UHGV virus genome: UHGV-0071740
Reading direction: 5' to 3' (one strand)
From: a virus
Length of the DNA stretch: 12,156 nucleotides
Made by a program: the position numbers and the translations under genes. Under the pieces are notes generated by a model. The model searched no databases, was not told where the DNA came from, and worked only from the letters and a program-made list of their open reading frames with translations. Every line of letters starts with the position of its first letter. The first letter of the stretch is position 1. Positions 1-6,667 of the stretch are shown in pieces.

Positions 1-170
1 TTTGGTCATTAGAGGCGCCGCACCCCCTGTGTCTGGCCGCAGCACCACAGAGTGCACAGGCGCGCAGTGACACTGCGCTGGATCGTCTGATGCAGGGGGC
101 ACCGGCACCGCTGGCTGCAGGTAACCCGGCATCTGATGCCGTTAACGATTTGCTGAACACACCAGTGTAA
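1..170 (+). CDS. C: capsid assembly protease C / scaffold Nu3, C-terminal end (5' partial, runs off window start)
   Basis: Frame open from window start to TAA at 168-170; translated tail ...APAPLAAGNPASDAVNDLLNTPV; sits immediately upstream of D as in lambda. Identity rests on position and recollection of lambda, not a search. Confidence 0.7.
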   Translation, partial: WSLEAPHPLCLAAAPQSAQARSDTALDRLMQGAPAPLAAGNPASDAVNDLLNTPV

Positions 171-179
171 GGGATGTTT

Positions 180-512
180 ATGACGAGCAAAGAAACCTTT
201 ACCCATTACCAGCCGCTGGGCAACAGTGACCCGGCTTATACCGCAACCGCGCCCGGCGGATTGAGTGCGAAAGCGCCTGCAATGACCCCGCTGATGCTGG
301 ACACCTCCAGCCGTAAGCTGGTTGCGTGGGATGGCCCCACCGACGGTGCTGCCGTTGGCATTCTTGCGGTTGCTGCTGACCAGACCAGCACCACGCTGAC
401 GTTCTACAAGTCCGGCACGTTCCGTTATGAGGATGTGCTCTGGCCGGAGGCTGCCAGCGACGAGACGAAAAAACGGACCGCGTTTGCCGGAACGGCAATC
501 AGCATCGTTTAA
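180..512 (+). CDS. D: head decoration protein D (110 aa)
   Basis: ORF track 174..512; translation from ATG 180 ([12 protein letters not shown]...[11 protein letters not shown]) matches lambda gpD almost residue for residue as I recall it; the ATG at 174 only adds MF. Confidence 0.95.
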   Translation: MTSKETFTHYQPLGNSDPAYTATAPGGLSAKAPAMTPLMLDTSSRKLVAWDGPTDGAAVGILAVAADQTSTTLTFYKSGTFRYEDVLWPEAASDETKKRTAFAGTAISIV

Positions 513-530
513 CTTTACCCTTCATCACTA

Positions 531-554
531 AAGGCCGCCTGTGCGGCTTTTTTT
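531..554 (+). terminator. GC-rich hairpin plus T-tract between D and E (terminator-like)
   Basis: Stem GCCGC (534-538) / GCGGC (543-547) extendable to about 8 bp, 4-nt loop CTGT, followed by a T run 548-554. Confidence 0.45.
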
Positions 555-567
555 ACGGGATTTTTTT

Positions 568-812
568 ATGTCGATGTACACAACCGCCCAGCTGCTGGCG
601 GCAAATGAGCAGAAATTTAAGTTTGATCCGCTGTTTCTGTGTCTCTTTTTCCGTGAGAGCTATCCCTTCACCACGGAGAAAGTCTATCTCTCACAAATTC
701 CGGGACTGGTAAACATGGCGCTGTACGTTTCGCCGATTGTTTCCGGTGAGGTTATCCGTTCCCGTGGCGGCTCCACCTCTGAATTTACGCCGGGATATGT
801 CAAGCCGAAGCA
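568..812 (+). pseudogene. E: major capsid protein E, N-terminal fragment (codons 1-82), interrupted by insertion
   Basis: Translation from ATG 568 (MSMYTTAQLLAANEQKFKFDPLFL...GYVKPKH) matches the lambda gpE N-terminus; the frame then reads 9 foreign codons (LAWLSEAFV) to a stop at 841-843. The rest of E resumes at 7333. Confidence 0.95.
803..812. repeat. left copy of 10-bp direct repeat AGCCGAAGCA (attL core / target duplication)
   Basis: Identical 10-mer at 803-812 and 7333-7342, exactly at the two points where E coding sequence breaks and resumes. Confidence 0.8.
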
Positions 813-920
813 CTTAGCATGGCTTTCTGAGGCTTTCGTGTAGTTGCTGGTTTTTACACTTAATCTTTTGATAATAAAGAATAAGTTTATCTGGCGCTTT
901 CACTGGATTTTCCTCGTTAT

Positions 921-962
921 CTGTGTGTTGCAATCATCTCTGTATTGCAGCTTGTATTGCTT
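921..962. repeat. direct repeats of TGT(G)TTGCA-type motif (candidate integrase arm-type sites, left end)
   Basis: TGTGTGTTGCAA 923-934, TGTATTGCAG 941-950, TGTATTGC 953-960, the last two 12 bp apart; the same motif recurs at 7234-7256 near the other end. Confidence 0.55.
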
Positions 963-975
963 TTTGGGGCTAAAA

Positions 976-2211
976 ATGGCTGGCGAGAACAAACTGAGCG
1001 ACAAAGCACTTAAAGGATATCTGGGGAAACCCAGAGAAAAGCAGATCACCATTGCTGATGGAAAGGGGCTTTCTATTCGTGTGAGTACCAAGGGGGCTGT
1101 GAGCTTTGTTTTCTTCTACAGGTTAGCAGGTGGCCGGGCTGCTCCGGTCTGGCTAACGTTGGGTAAATATCCTGATATGTCACTCAAACAGGCAAGGGAA
1201 AAGCGCGACGAGTGCCGTGGTTGGTTGGCTGACAAACGTGATCCGCGTATCCAGATTAAGATTCAGGCTGAAGAACGCTTAAAGCCGGTCACAGTGGAGG
1301 ATGCACTAAATTACTGGTATGAAAATTACTGTAAGGTGCGTCGTAAAACTCATGCTGTAACGCTTGGCAGATTTCGAAAGCATATCTTTCCCTATATCGG
1401 TCATTTGCCCGTAAATGACACTCACCTATATGAATGGCTGGACTGTTTTGACCGAATTAAACGTAATGCACCAGTTATGGCGGCGTATGTTTTTTCTGAC
1501 ACTAAATTAGCTCTTCGTTTTTGTCGGGTACGCCAGTACGCGACGTGTGATGTTTTAAAGGATTTGCGCATGAGTGATGTGGGGCAGATTGCAGGTAAGC
1601 GGGATCGGGTTCTGGATGAAGCCGAACTGGGCCAGCTCTGGAAGGCAATTTTTGTCGAGCCTGATTTAAAACTAATGTCTGAATACACGCGAAAAATGTT
1701 TGTGCTTTGTACAGTATTTGGATGTCGAATGAGTGAAGCCCGATTATCTGAATGGAGCGAATGGGATCTCGAAAGTTGGGTTTGGACTGTACCAAAAGAT
1801 CACTCAAAAACTGGTGTTGAAATCGTCAGACCAGTACCTGAAATTCTACGACAGTGGGTAACGGATGTTCACGAAGAGACAAAACATACTGGTTATGTGC
1901 TGGGAAGTCTGCGAATTAGAGAAAGCGTAAGCAAGATTGGGGGGAAAATCGGTAAACGTTTGGGCCATGAAAAACAATGGTCACTACACGACCTTAGAAG
2001 AACGCTATCTACTCATCTAAGTGATCTCGGTGTTGAATTTTATGTAGTAGAACAACTGTTAGGCCATGCGCTACCTGGCGTGGCAGGTGTTTACAACCGG
2101 AGTAAGTTTATGGCTAAAAAACTGGATGCTCTGGAACTCTGGACTACATATCTCAATAGCATCGCAGGTGCTGATTCAAAAGTGACAATCCTCAAACAAA
2201 AGGCTGGTTAA
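976..2211 (+). CDS. int: tyrosine recombinase / phage integrase, P4-like with N-terminal arm-binding domain
   Basis: ORF track 844..2211; most plausible start is ATG 976 (MAGENKLSDKALKGYLGKP...). C-terminal catalytic signature HDLRRT...LLGHA...GVYNRS (conserved His/Arg and putative catalytic Tyr); sits next to the element boundary. Confidence 0.9.
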   Translation: MAGENKLSDKALKGYLGKPREKQITIADGKGLSIRVSTKGAVSFVFFYRLAGGRAAPVWLTLGKYPDMSLKQAREKRDECRGWLADKRDPRIQIKIQAEERLKPVTVEDALNYWYENYCKVRRKTHAVTLGRFRKHIFPYIGHLPVNDTHLYEWLDCFDRIKRNAPVMAAYVFSDTKLALRFCRVRQYATCDVLKDLRMSDVGQIAGKRDRVLDEAELGQLWKAIFVEPDLKLMSEYTRKMFVLCTVFGCRMSEARLSEWSEWDLESWVWTVPKDHSKTGVEIVRPVPEILRQWVTDVHEETKHTGYVLGSLRIRESVSKIGGKIGKRLGHEKQWSLHDLRRTLSTHLSDLGVEFYVVEQLLGHALPGVAGVYNRSKFMAKKLDALELWTTYLNSIAGADSKVTILKQKAG

Positions 2212-2212
2212 C

Positions 2213-2434
2213 ATGAAAAAAATGGCAATTGTTGATAAAAAGGGTCTGGAGTACATTCCTAACATCGATCGTATGATCCGTGAGAAAGAATGTCGGGAGC
2301 TAACCACTCTTGCAAACAGCACACGCTGGAAGCTGGAGAAGGAAGGAAAATTTCCTAAGCGGATCAAGATTGGTTCCACTGCTGTTGCATATCGTCTTTC
2401 AGAAGTGCAGGCATGGATTAGGGGAGAGTGGTAA
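2213..2434 (+). CDS. alpA: AlpA-family (CP4-57 type) DNA-binding regulator / excisionase-like protein
   Basis: 73-aa ORF starting 2 nt after the int stop; small basic protein with ...KRIKIGSTAVAYRLSEVQAWIRGEW, typical of AlpA/Vis-like winged-helix proteins that accompany satellite integrases. Confidence 0.75.
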   Translation: MKKMAIVDKKGLEYIPNIDRMIREKECRELTTLANSTRWKLEKEGKFPKRIKIGSTAVAYRLSEVQAWIRGEW

Positions 2435-3835
2435 GAATTTAGACAGTGGATGGAATCCTATGGGGGGAACCCATAGGGTTTTAAATAACATAAATTCAAA
2501 AACGTGCGTAGTTGATGAGATTATATAATTAGGTGGTAAGTATTGAACTATTTCTCCATCTTCTTCAAAAATATGAATAACTCTTGGGAATAATTCAGGG
2601 CGTATAGGATTTAATGCCTTCGGATTATGAAACATGTATATTGCTGTACACCATGGTTCTTGATATGAAGGTGCATTGACAAGAGCAGTAAAAGGCATTG
2701 GGGTACAGCCTTCATCAGTTTTAATACCTCTAACGATGGATTTGACATTTTTTTGTTCAATCCCTGCCACTACTCCCATTCTATCAAATTTTGGGATGGT
2801 GGCATGTGTCGCAAGTAATATGGCTGAGACATTCTCATTTTTATTAGAGCCGAAAAAATTAGATGGTATACTTCGATTTTCAAATAAATGTTGTTCAATT
2901 TTACTTCCAGAATCCATATCTACACCATACAGATAGCTTTGTAGTGCTGGCATTGATATACTCATCGAAAGTCTGTGTGAGTAATCGTGTAAAGCAATAA
3001 TGAAAGGCTTTCCTTTTGTATGATCTAGTTCCCAATAGCATAATTTTAAGGGTTCAGGTTTATGCCTAACTTTCTTTAATAGAGTGCGGGCAAATTTGAA
3101 TGGCATTTGTTCTTTTACATATCTCTGAAGATCTTCTACTGCCTCATGATCAAGTATCAATTTCTCGGTAGGTTCCTCTTGTTCTGCAACTGTGGCAGCT
3201 TCTACAGCAATATCAATGCCATTTTTTGAGATAATATAATCAGGTTGAGCATAATCTCTGCATATTACGAAATCCATTTCGTAGAAAACTGCGTTTAGAT
3301 AAAGTTCGAATAAGCGAGAGTTAAATGAAGCACTCTGGAAATCTCTGATGAATATTCCATCAGGATCTTTACACCAATAAGCTAACTCTTGCATAACAAT
3401 AAATGCAGGATAGTGTTTGGGTTCCTCAAGTAGCATTCTTAGATAAACGTTTTTTTTATGTTCTGGAACTTTGGCTAGGAATATTGAAAATGCCGACTCT
3501 GATTCGTCACCCTGTATAAAACAACCGTTCTTGTGTAGTGATAATAGCTCTGGTATGGCTTTTTCCATATCAGTAATTAAATCATCTTTAGATTCACGGG
3601 ATACAATTACTTTAATCGCTCTAAATTTTTTATCTAAATCCCTACCTAGAAATATAGCGTTGTAATCATTATCTATTTTACAAAAAACAATTGTTGCTAA
3701 GATTGTGACATCATCCTTTATAAATTTGAACCAACAGATTTCCTCCGAAAAGGTTTTTACGTATGGTGTACGACCATAGAAAAATACATCAAATTGTTCT
3801 TTACTGATTTCTAGCATTTTGTGACTTGTTGTCAT
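2399..3835 (-). CDS. hypothetical 478-aa protein, AT-rich, no family assignable by eye (candidate defence/effector cargo)
   Basis: Long uninterrupted minus-strand ORF; start ATG at 3835 preceded by AAGGA Shine-Dalgarno; lies 23 nt downstream of the RHH gene on the same strand; strongly AT-rich relative to its surroundings. Confidence 0.7.
   Translation of the reverse strand: MTTSHKMLEISKEQFDVFFYGRTPYVKTFSEEICWFKFIKDDVTILATIVFCKIDNDYNAIFLGRDLDKKFRAIKVIVSRESKDDLITDMEKAIPELLSLHKNGCFIQGDESESAFSIFLAKVPEHKKNVYLRMLLEEPKHYPAFIVMQELAYWCKDPDGIFIRDFQSASFNSRLFELYLNAVFYEMDFVICRDYAQPDYIISKNGIDIAVEAATVAEQEEPTEKLILDHEAVEDLQRYVKEQMPFKFARTLLKKVRHKPEPLKLCYWELDHTKGKPFIIALHDYSHRLSMSISMPALQSYLYGVDMDSGSKIEQHLFENRSIPSNFFGSNKNENVSAILLATHATIPKFDRMGVVAGIEQKNVKSIVRGIKTDEGCTPMPFTALVNAPSYQEPWCTAIYMFHNPKALNPIRPELFPRVIHIFEEDGEIVQYLPPNYIISSTTHVFEFMLFKTLWVPPIGFHPLSKFLPLSPNPCLHF
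2456..2482 (+). terminator. rho-independent terminator-like hairpin after alpA
   Basis: TCCTATGGG (2456-2464) / CCCATAGGG (2470-2478), 5-nt loop GGGAA, then TTTT 2479-2482; begins 22 nt after the alpA stop. Confidence 0.55.
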
Positions 3836-3858
3836 AGAAGAATCCTTTATGCAAATTA

Positions 3859-4053
3859 TCAGCCTTTAGGTGTTATTCCTTGTTTTATTAGTTCGGCACG
3901 AGCCAGTTCTTTTAGCCAGTTACCTAAGCTCATCCCTTCTTTGGCAGCGACATTAACCATTTGTTCTTTTAATTCTGGGTTAATACGGACTTGGAATGCT
4001 GGTGCTTTACCTGCACCTTTCGGTTGTTTATCACGTTGAATGATAGTTGACAT
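3859..4053 (-). CDS. Arc/CopG-like ribbon-helix-helix DNA-binding protein (putative regulator or antitoxin)
   Basis: 64-aa ORF; segment PAFQVRINPELKEQMVNVAAKEGMSLGNWLKELARAEL fits the beta-strand then helix pattern of Arc/MetJ-type RHH proteins; first gene of the operon with the 478-aa ORF. Confidence 0.6.
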   Translation of the reverse strand: MSTIIQRDKQPKGAGKAPAFQVRINPELKEQMVNVAAKEGMSLGNWLKELARAELIKQGITPKG

Positions 4054-4095
4054 GTGTGTACCTATTGCTTAGTATGATTCTTGATAGGTACACAC
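4054..4095. promoter_or_regulatory. perfect 12-bp inverted repeat GTGTGTACCTAT-N18-ATAGGTACACAC (operator-like)
   Basis: Arms at 4054-4065 and 4084-4095; lies between the predicted -10 and the RHH start codon (4051-4053). Confidence 0.6.
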
Positions 4096-4113
4096 CTTAT
4101 CATGTTTTATTGC

Positions 4114-4142
4114 TATATAACAACGCCCTGCAGTGCTCGCAA
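4114..4142 (-). promoter_or_regulatory. predicted sigma70 promoter for the RHH/478-aa operon
   Basis: On the minus strand: -35 TTGCGA (4142-4137), 17-bp spacer, -10 TATATA (4119-4114); would start transcription about 50 nt upstream of the RHH ATG. Confidence 0.5.
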
Positions 4143-4156
4143 CACATACAGGGCGT
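4123..4156. promoter_or_regulatory. second inverted repeat ACGCCCTG-N18-CAGGGCGT overlapping the predicted -35
   Basis: Perfect 8-bp arms at 4123-4130 and 4149-4156, with the same 18-nt spacer length as the 12-bp palindrome. Confidence 0.4.
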
Positions 4157-4390
4157 CTAACCACCAACGATAGCAACAGTATCGAGGTAGCTATGAGAAA
4201 TCATACCACACACCCGCAAGGGCGGGATTCGCACAACCTGAATAAATACATCTGGCGTTTTATCGCCCTGAGCACCGCACAACCACGCGTAATACACATC
4301 GAGGCCGCCAGCGAACAGGAAGCCCGCCAGCAATCCCCAACTGGCTACGTGATGATATTCGCCGCCCGTATTCGTCAGGAGGTGTGCCAT
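4157..4390 (-). CDS. possible small hydrophobic protein (77 aa); coding status uncertain
   Basis: ORF track; GC-rich block with frequent G at codon position 1 and common E. coli codons in this frame; hydrophobic stretch WGLLAGFLFAGGLDVYYAWLCGA. But its start codon overlaps the start and Shine-Dalgarno of the divergent + gene, which is awkward. Confidence 0.3.
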   Translation of the reverse strand: MAHLLTNTGGEYHHVASWGLLAGFLFAGGLDVYYAWLCGAQGDKTPDVFIQVVRIPPLRVCGMISHSYLDTVAIVGG

Positions 4391-4613
4391 GAATGATCTT
4401 TATTTTAAAGTGCTGACACATGCTGAAAACGCGCTCGTTTGTGGCAAAAATATGCGAGAAATCTTATCAACCTGGCTTGATGGGACAACAAATGCAGAAC
4501 ACGATGAACGGGATGCTAATTTAGCTGGAGCGTTAATTACGTTACTTGATCCTGTCATCAAAGAGCTGGATGAAGCTATAAAAATACACGACCAGAGCTA
4601 TACCGGAGAATAA
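4389..4613 (+). CDS. hypothetical protein (74 aa), first gene of the primase operon
   Basis: ATG 4389 preceded by AGGAGG 4377-4382; followed 3 nt later by the next ORF. Confidence 0.55.
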   Translation: MNDLYFKVLTHAENALVCGKNMREILSTWLDGTTNAEHDERDANLAGALITLLDPVIKELDEAIKIHDQSYTGE

Positions 4614-4616
4614 AAA

Positions 4617-4904
4617 ATGAAAAATAAATTTTCTGGCTTTATTGCCAGCGGTCAAACTCATTCAAAAATCAGCCTTGGGGATATTTTCAAAGACAGCTAT
4701 GGCTATCGGGTAAAGATTATTTCGGTTGATGATCGTCGTGTCTCTTATTTGCGTGATGGTTATGATTTTGAATGTGTTATGCCGCGTCAGCAGTTCGAAA
4801 GAGATTTCATTCTGGTAAAAAATTGCAAGACAGATAATCAGAGGCGTGCCGCAGGCTATATCCGTAAAATTCGGGCAATGTTAGTTGCCGGAGGTAACAA
4901 ATGA
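4617..4904 (+). CDS. hypothetical protein (95 aa), translationally coupled to primase
   Basis: ATG 4617 preceded by GGAGA; its stop overlaps the primase start (ATGA at 4901-4904). Confidence 0.55.
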   Translation: MKNKFSGFIASGQTHSKISLGDIFKDSYGYRVKIISVDDRRVSYLRDGYDFECVMPRQQFERDFILVKNCKTDNQRRAAGYIRKIRAMLVAGGNK

Positions 4905-6667
4905 AACGTGCTCCGAACTTAAAATACCAACCGCGCGACAAAATGACGGAAGTCATCATTTTTGCTGGCAGTGATGCCTGGAGCCATGCAAAAGAATGGA
5001 ATGAATGGGCAGGTAAGCATATTGCAGCAGATGATACACCACCAGTCATTCTGGGTACGGAACAACTGGAAAACCTGGATGATATGCAAATTATCGATGA
5101 AGGCCGTCATTATGTGCGTGTTTATCGTGCCGGAAAGATTGCAGAGAAAAGTCTGACGAAGGTTGCGACATTACTTGCTATTGCAGGCGTAAAGGAAGCA
5201 CGTTGTTACCGTAGCTTTGTTGATCGAGAGCCTGAAGACTGGACTCCGCGCCTTGTCGGCCTAAAAGCTGAAGCGGAGCATGGGGAAAGTCTGGTGATTG
5301 AACTGCCAGTGAAGAAGGCTGAGCGCAAAAATGACGAGCGTGCTTCATCTTTGGCGTTGAATCAGATGGGGGCCAGCCAGCGCGGTGAAGTTCTCCTTGC
5401 ACATTACGGCGGCGAACTGGCAATCAATGCCGACTCTGACACCGTTCATCATTACAACGGCGTTGTATGGGAGCCGGTTCAGGATAAAGAGTTACAGCGT
5501 GCTATGGCGCAGATTTTCATTGATGCGGAGATCAGCTATTCGCAGAACGCTATTAAATCGGCGGTAGATACCATGAAGTTAAGTTTGCCTGTAATGGGGA
5601 ATACAGCCCGTAACCTGATTGGATTCAGTAACGGGGTATTTGATACCAGAACTGGTAATTTTCGGGAGCATAACAAAAACGACTGGTTGTTAATTGCCAG
5701 TGAATTACCTTTCAGCCCACCAGCAGAGGGGGAAACGCTGGCAACACATGCGCCGAATTTCTGGAAGTGGTTGCGCCGTTCGGTGGCTGAGAATGACCGC
5801 AAGGCAGATCGCGTACTGGCGGCATTATTCATGGTGCTGGCGAACCGGTACGACTGGCAGTTATTCATTGAGGTAACAGGGCCGGGGGGAAGTGGTAAAA
5901 GTGTGATGGCGGAGATTTGCACCATGCTGGCGGGTAAGGCTAATACAGTATCAGCAAGCATGAAGGCGCTGGAAGATGCAAGGGAACGTGCGTTAGTGGT
6001 TGGCTTTTCGCTGATTATCATGCCGGATATGACCCGCTACGCTGGTGATGGGGCAGGGATTAAGGCCATTACAGGCGGTGACAAGGTGGCAATTGACCCG
6101 AAACACAAAGCCCCCTATTCAACGCGTATTCCGGCAGTAGTGCTGGCGGTTAACAATAACGCCATGTCATTCAGTGACCGCAGCGGGGGGATCTCACGTC
6201 GTCGGGTGATATTCAATTTTTCGGAAGTTGTACCGGAGAACGAACGCGATTCGATGCTGGCGGAAAAAATAGAAGGTGAGCTGGCGGTAGTGATTCGTCA
6301 TCTGCTTACAAGGTTTGCTGATCAGGACGAAGCCAGACGCCTGTTATATGAGCAGCAGAAATCTGAAGAAGCACTGGCGATAAAGCGAGAGGGGGATTCG
6401 CTGGTGGACTTCTGCGGTTATCTCATGGCATCGGTAATGTGTGATGGCCTGTTAGTGGGTAATGCTGAAATTGTGCCATTCAGCCCACGCAGGTATCTCT
6501 ATCATGCCTATCTTGATGAGCTGTTCGTTCCATGTGCATCACCGAGTTTATTACGAAGAGTACCTAACCCATTTACAACTGCAGAACAACCGCCGAGAAT
6601 TTGTTTGAAGATATTTTCAGTATGTTGGTCGGCAGATAGGTTAAGTTCTTTTGAAAGAGTTTTATAA
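4901..6667 (+). CDS. P4-family primase/helicase-like replication protein (D5_N-like region, SF3-type P-loop), C-terminus apparently truncated or chimeric
   Basis: 588-aa ORF; Walker A GPGGSGKS encoded near 5880-5900; hydrophobic-D Walker B-like LIIMPD; overall pattern of phage/plasmid primase P4-family C-terminal domain; the last ~50 codons are antisense to the HEPN gene and look like read-through. Confidence 0.8.
   Translation: MKRAPNLKYQPRDKMTEVIIFAGSDAWSHAKEWNEWAGKHIAADDTPPVILGTEQLENLDDMQIIDEGRHYVRVYRAGKIAEKSLTKVATLLAIAGVKEARCYRSFVDREPEDWTPRLVGLKAEAEHGESLVIELPVKKAERKNDERASSLALNQMGASQRGEVLLAHYGGELAINADSDTVHHYNGVVWEPVQDKELQRAMAQIFIDAEISYSQNAIKSAVDTMKLSLPVMGNTARNLIGFSNGVFDTRTGNFREHNKNDWLLIASELPFSPPAEGETLATHAPNFWKWLRRSVAENDRKADRVLAALFMVLANRYDWQLFIEVTGPGGSGKSVMAEICTMLAGKANTVSASMKALEDARERALVVGFSLIIMPDMTRYAGDGAGIKAITGGDKVAIDPKHKAPYSTRIPAVVLAVNNNAMSFSDRSGGISRRRVIFNFSEVVPENERDSMLAEKIEGELAVVIRHLLTRFADQDEARRLLYEQQKSEEALAIKREGDSLVDFCGYLMASVMCDGLLVGNAEIVPFSPRRYLYHAYLDELFVPCASPSLLRRVPNPFTTAEQPPRICLKIFSVCWSADRLSSFERVL

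Noticed and set aside
174-179. Upstream ATG adding MF to gpD
   Set aside because: Lambda gpD begins MTSKETF; ATG 180 has better spacing from the GGGA Shine-Dalgarno.
844-975. N-terminal extension of the integrase ORF (TTG start, MLVFTLNLLIIKNKF...SLYCSLYC...)
   Set aside because: Low-complexity translation of the arm-site repeats and promoter region; a proper ATG at 976 begins the conserved integrase N-terminus.
813-975. Integrase promoter prediction
   Set aside because: Only weak -35/-10 candidates (TTTACA near 853, GATAAT near 870) with poor spacing; not reported as a feature.
4213-4226. Short GC hairpin CCCGC-AAGG-GCGGG
   Set aside because: No T-tract on either side, so not a convincing intrinsic terminator; may just be local structure.
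4133-4396. + strand 87-aa ORF in the control region
   Set aside because: Weak codon structure compared with the opposite strand and it overlaps the promoter and palindromes; kept only as an alternative within the GC-rich block finding.
5536-6021. 161-aa minus-strand ORF inside the primase gene, and similar antisense ORFs (e.g. 1422-1807, 2676-2936, 3471-3665, 3821-4039, 4807-5110, 5178-5423)
   Set aside because: Entirely nested antisense to well-supported coding regions, with no independent signals; typical shadow ORFs.
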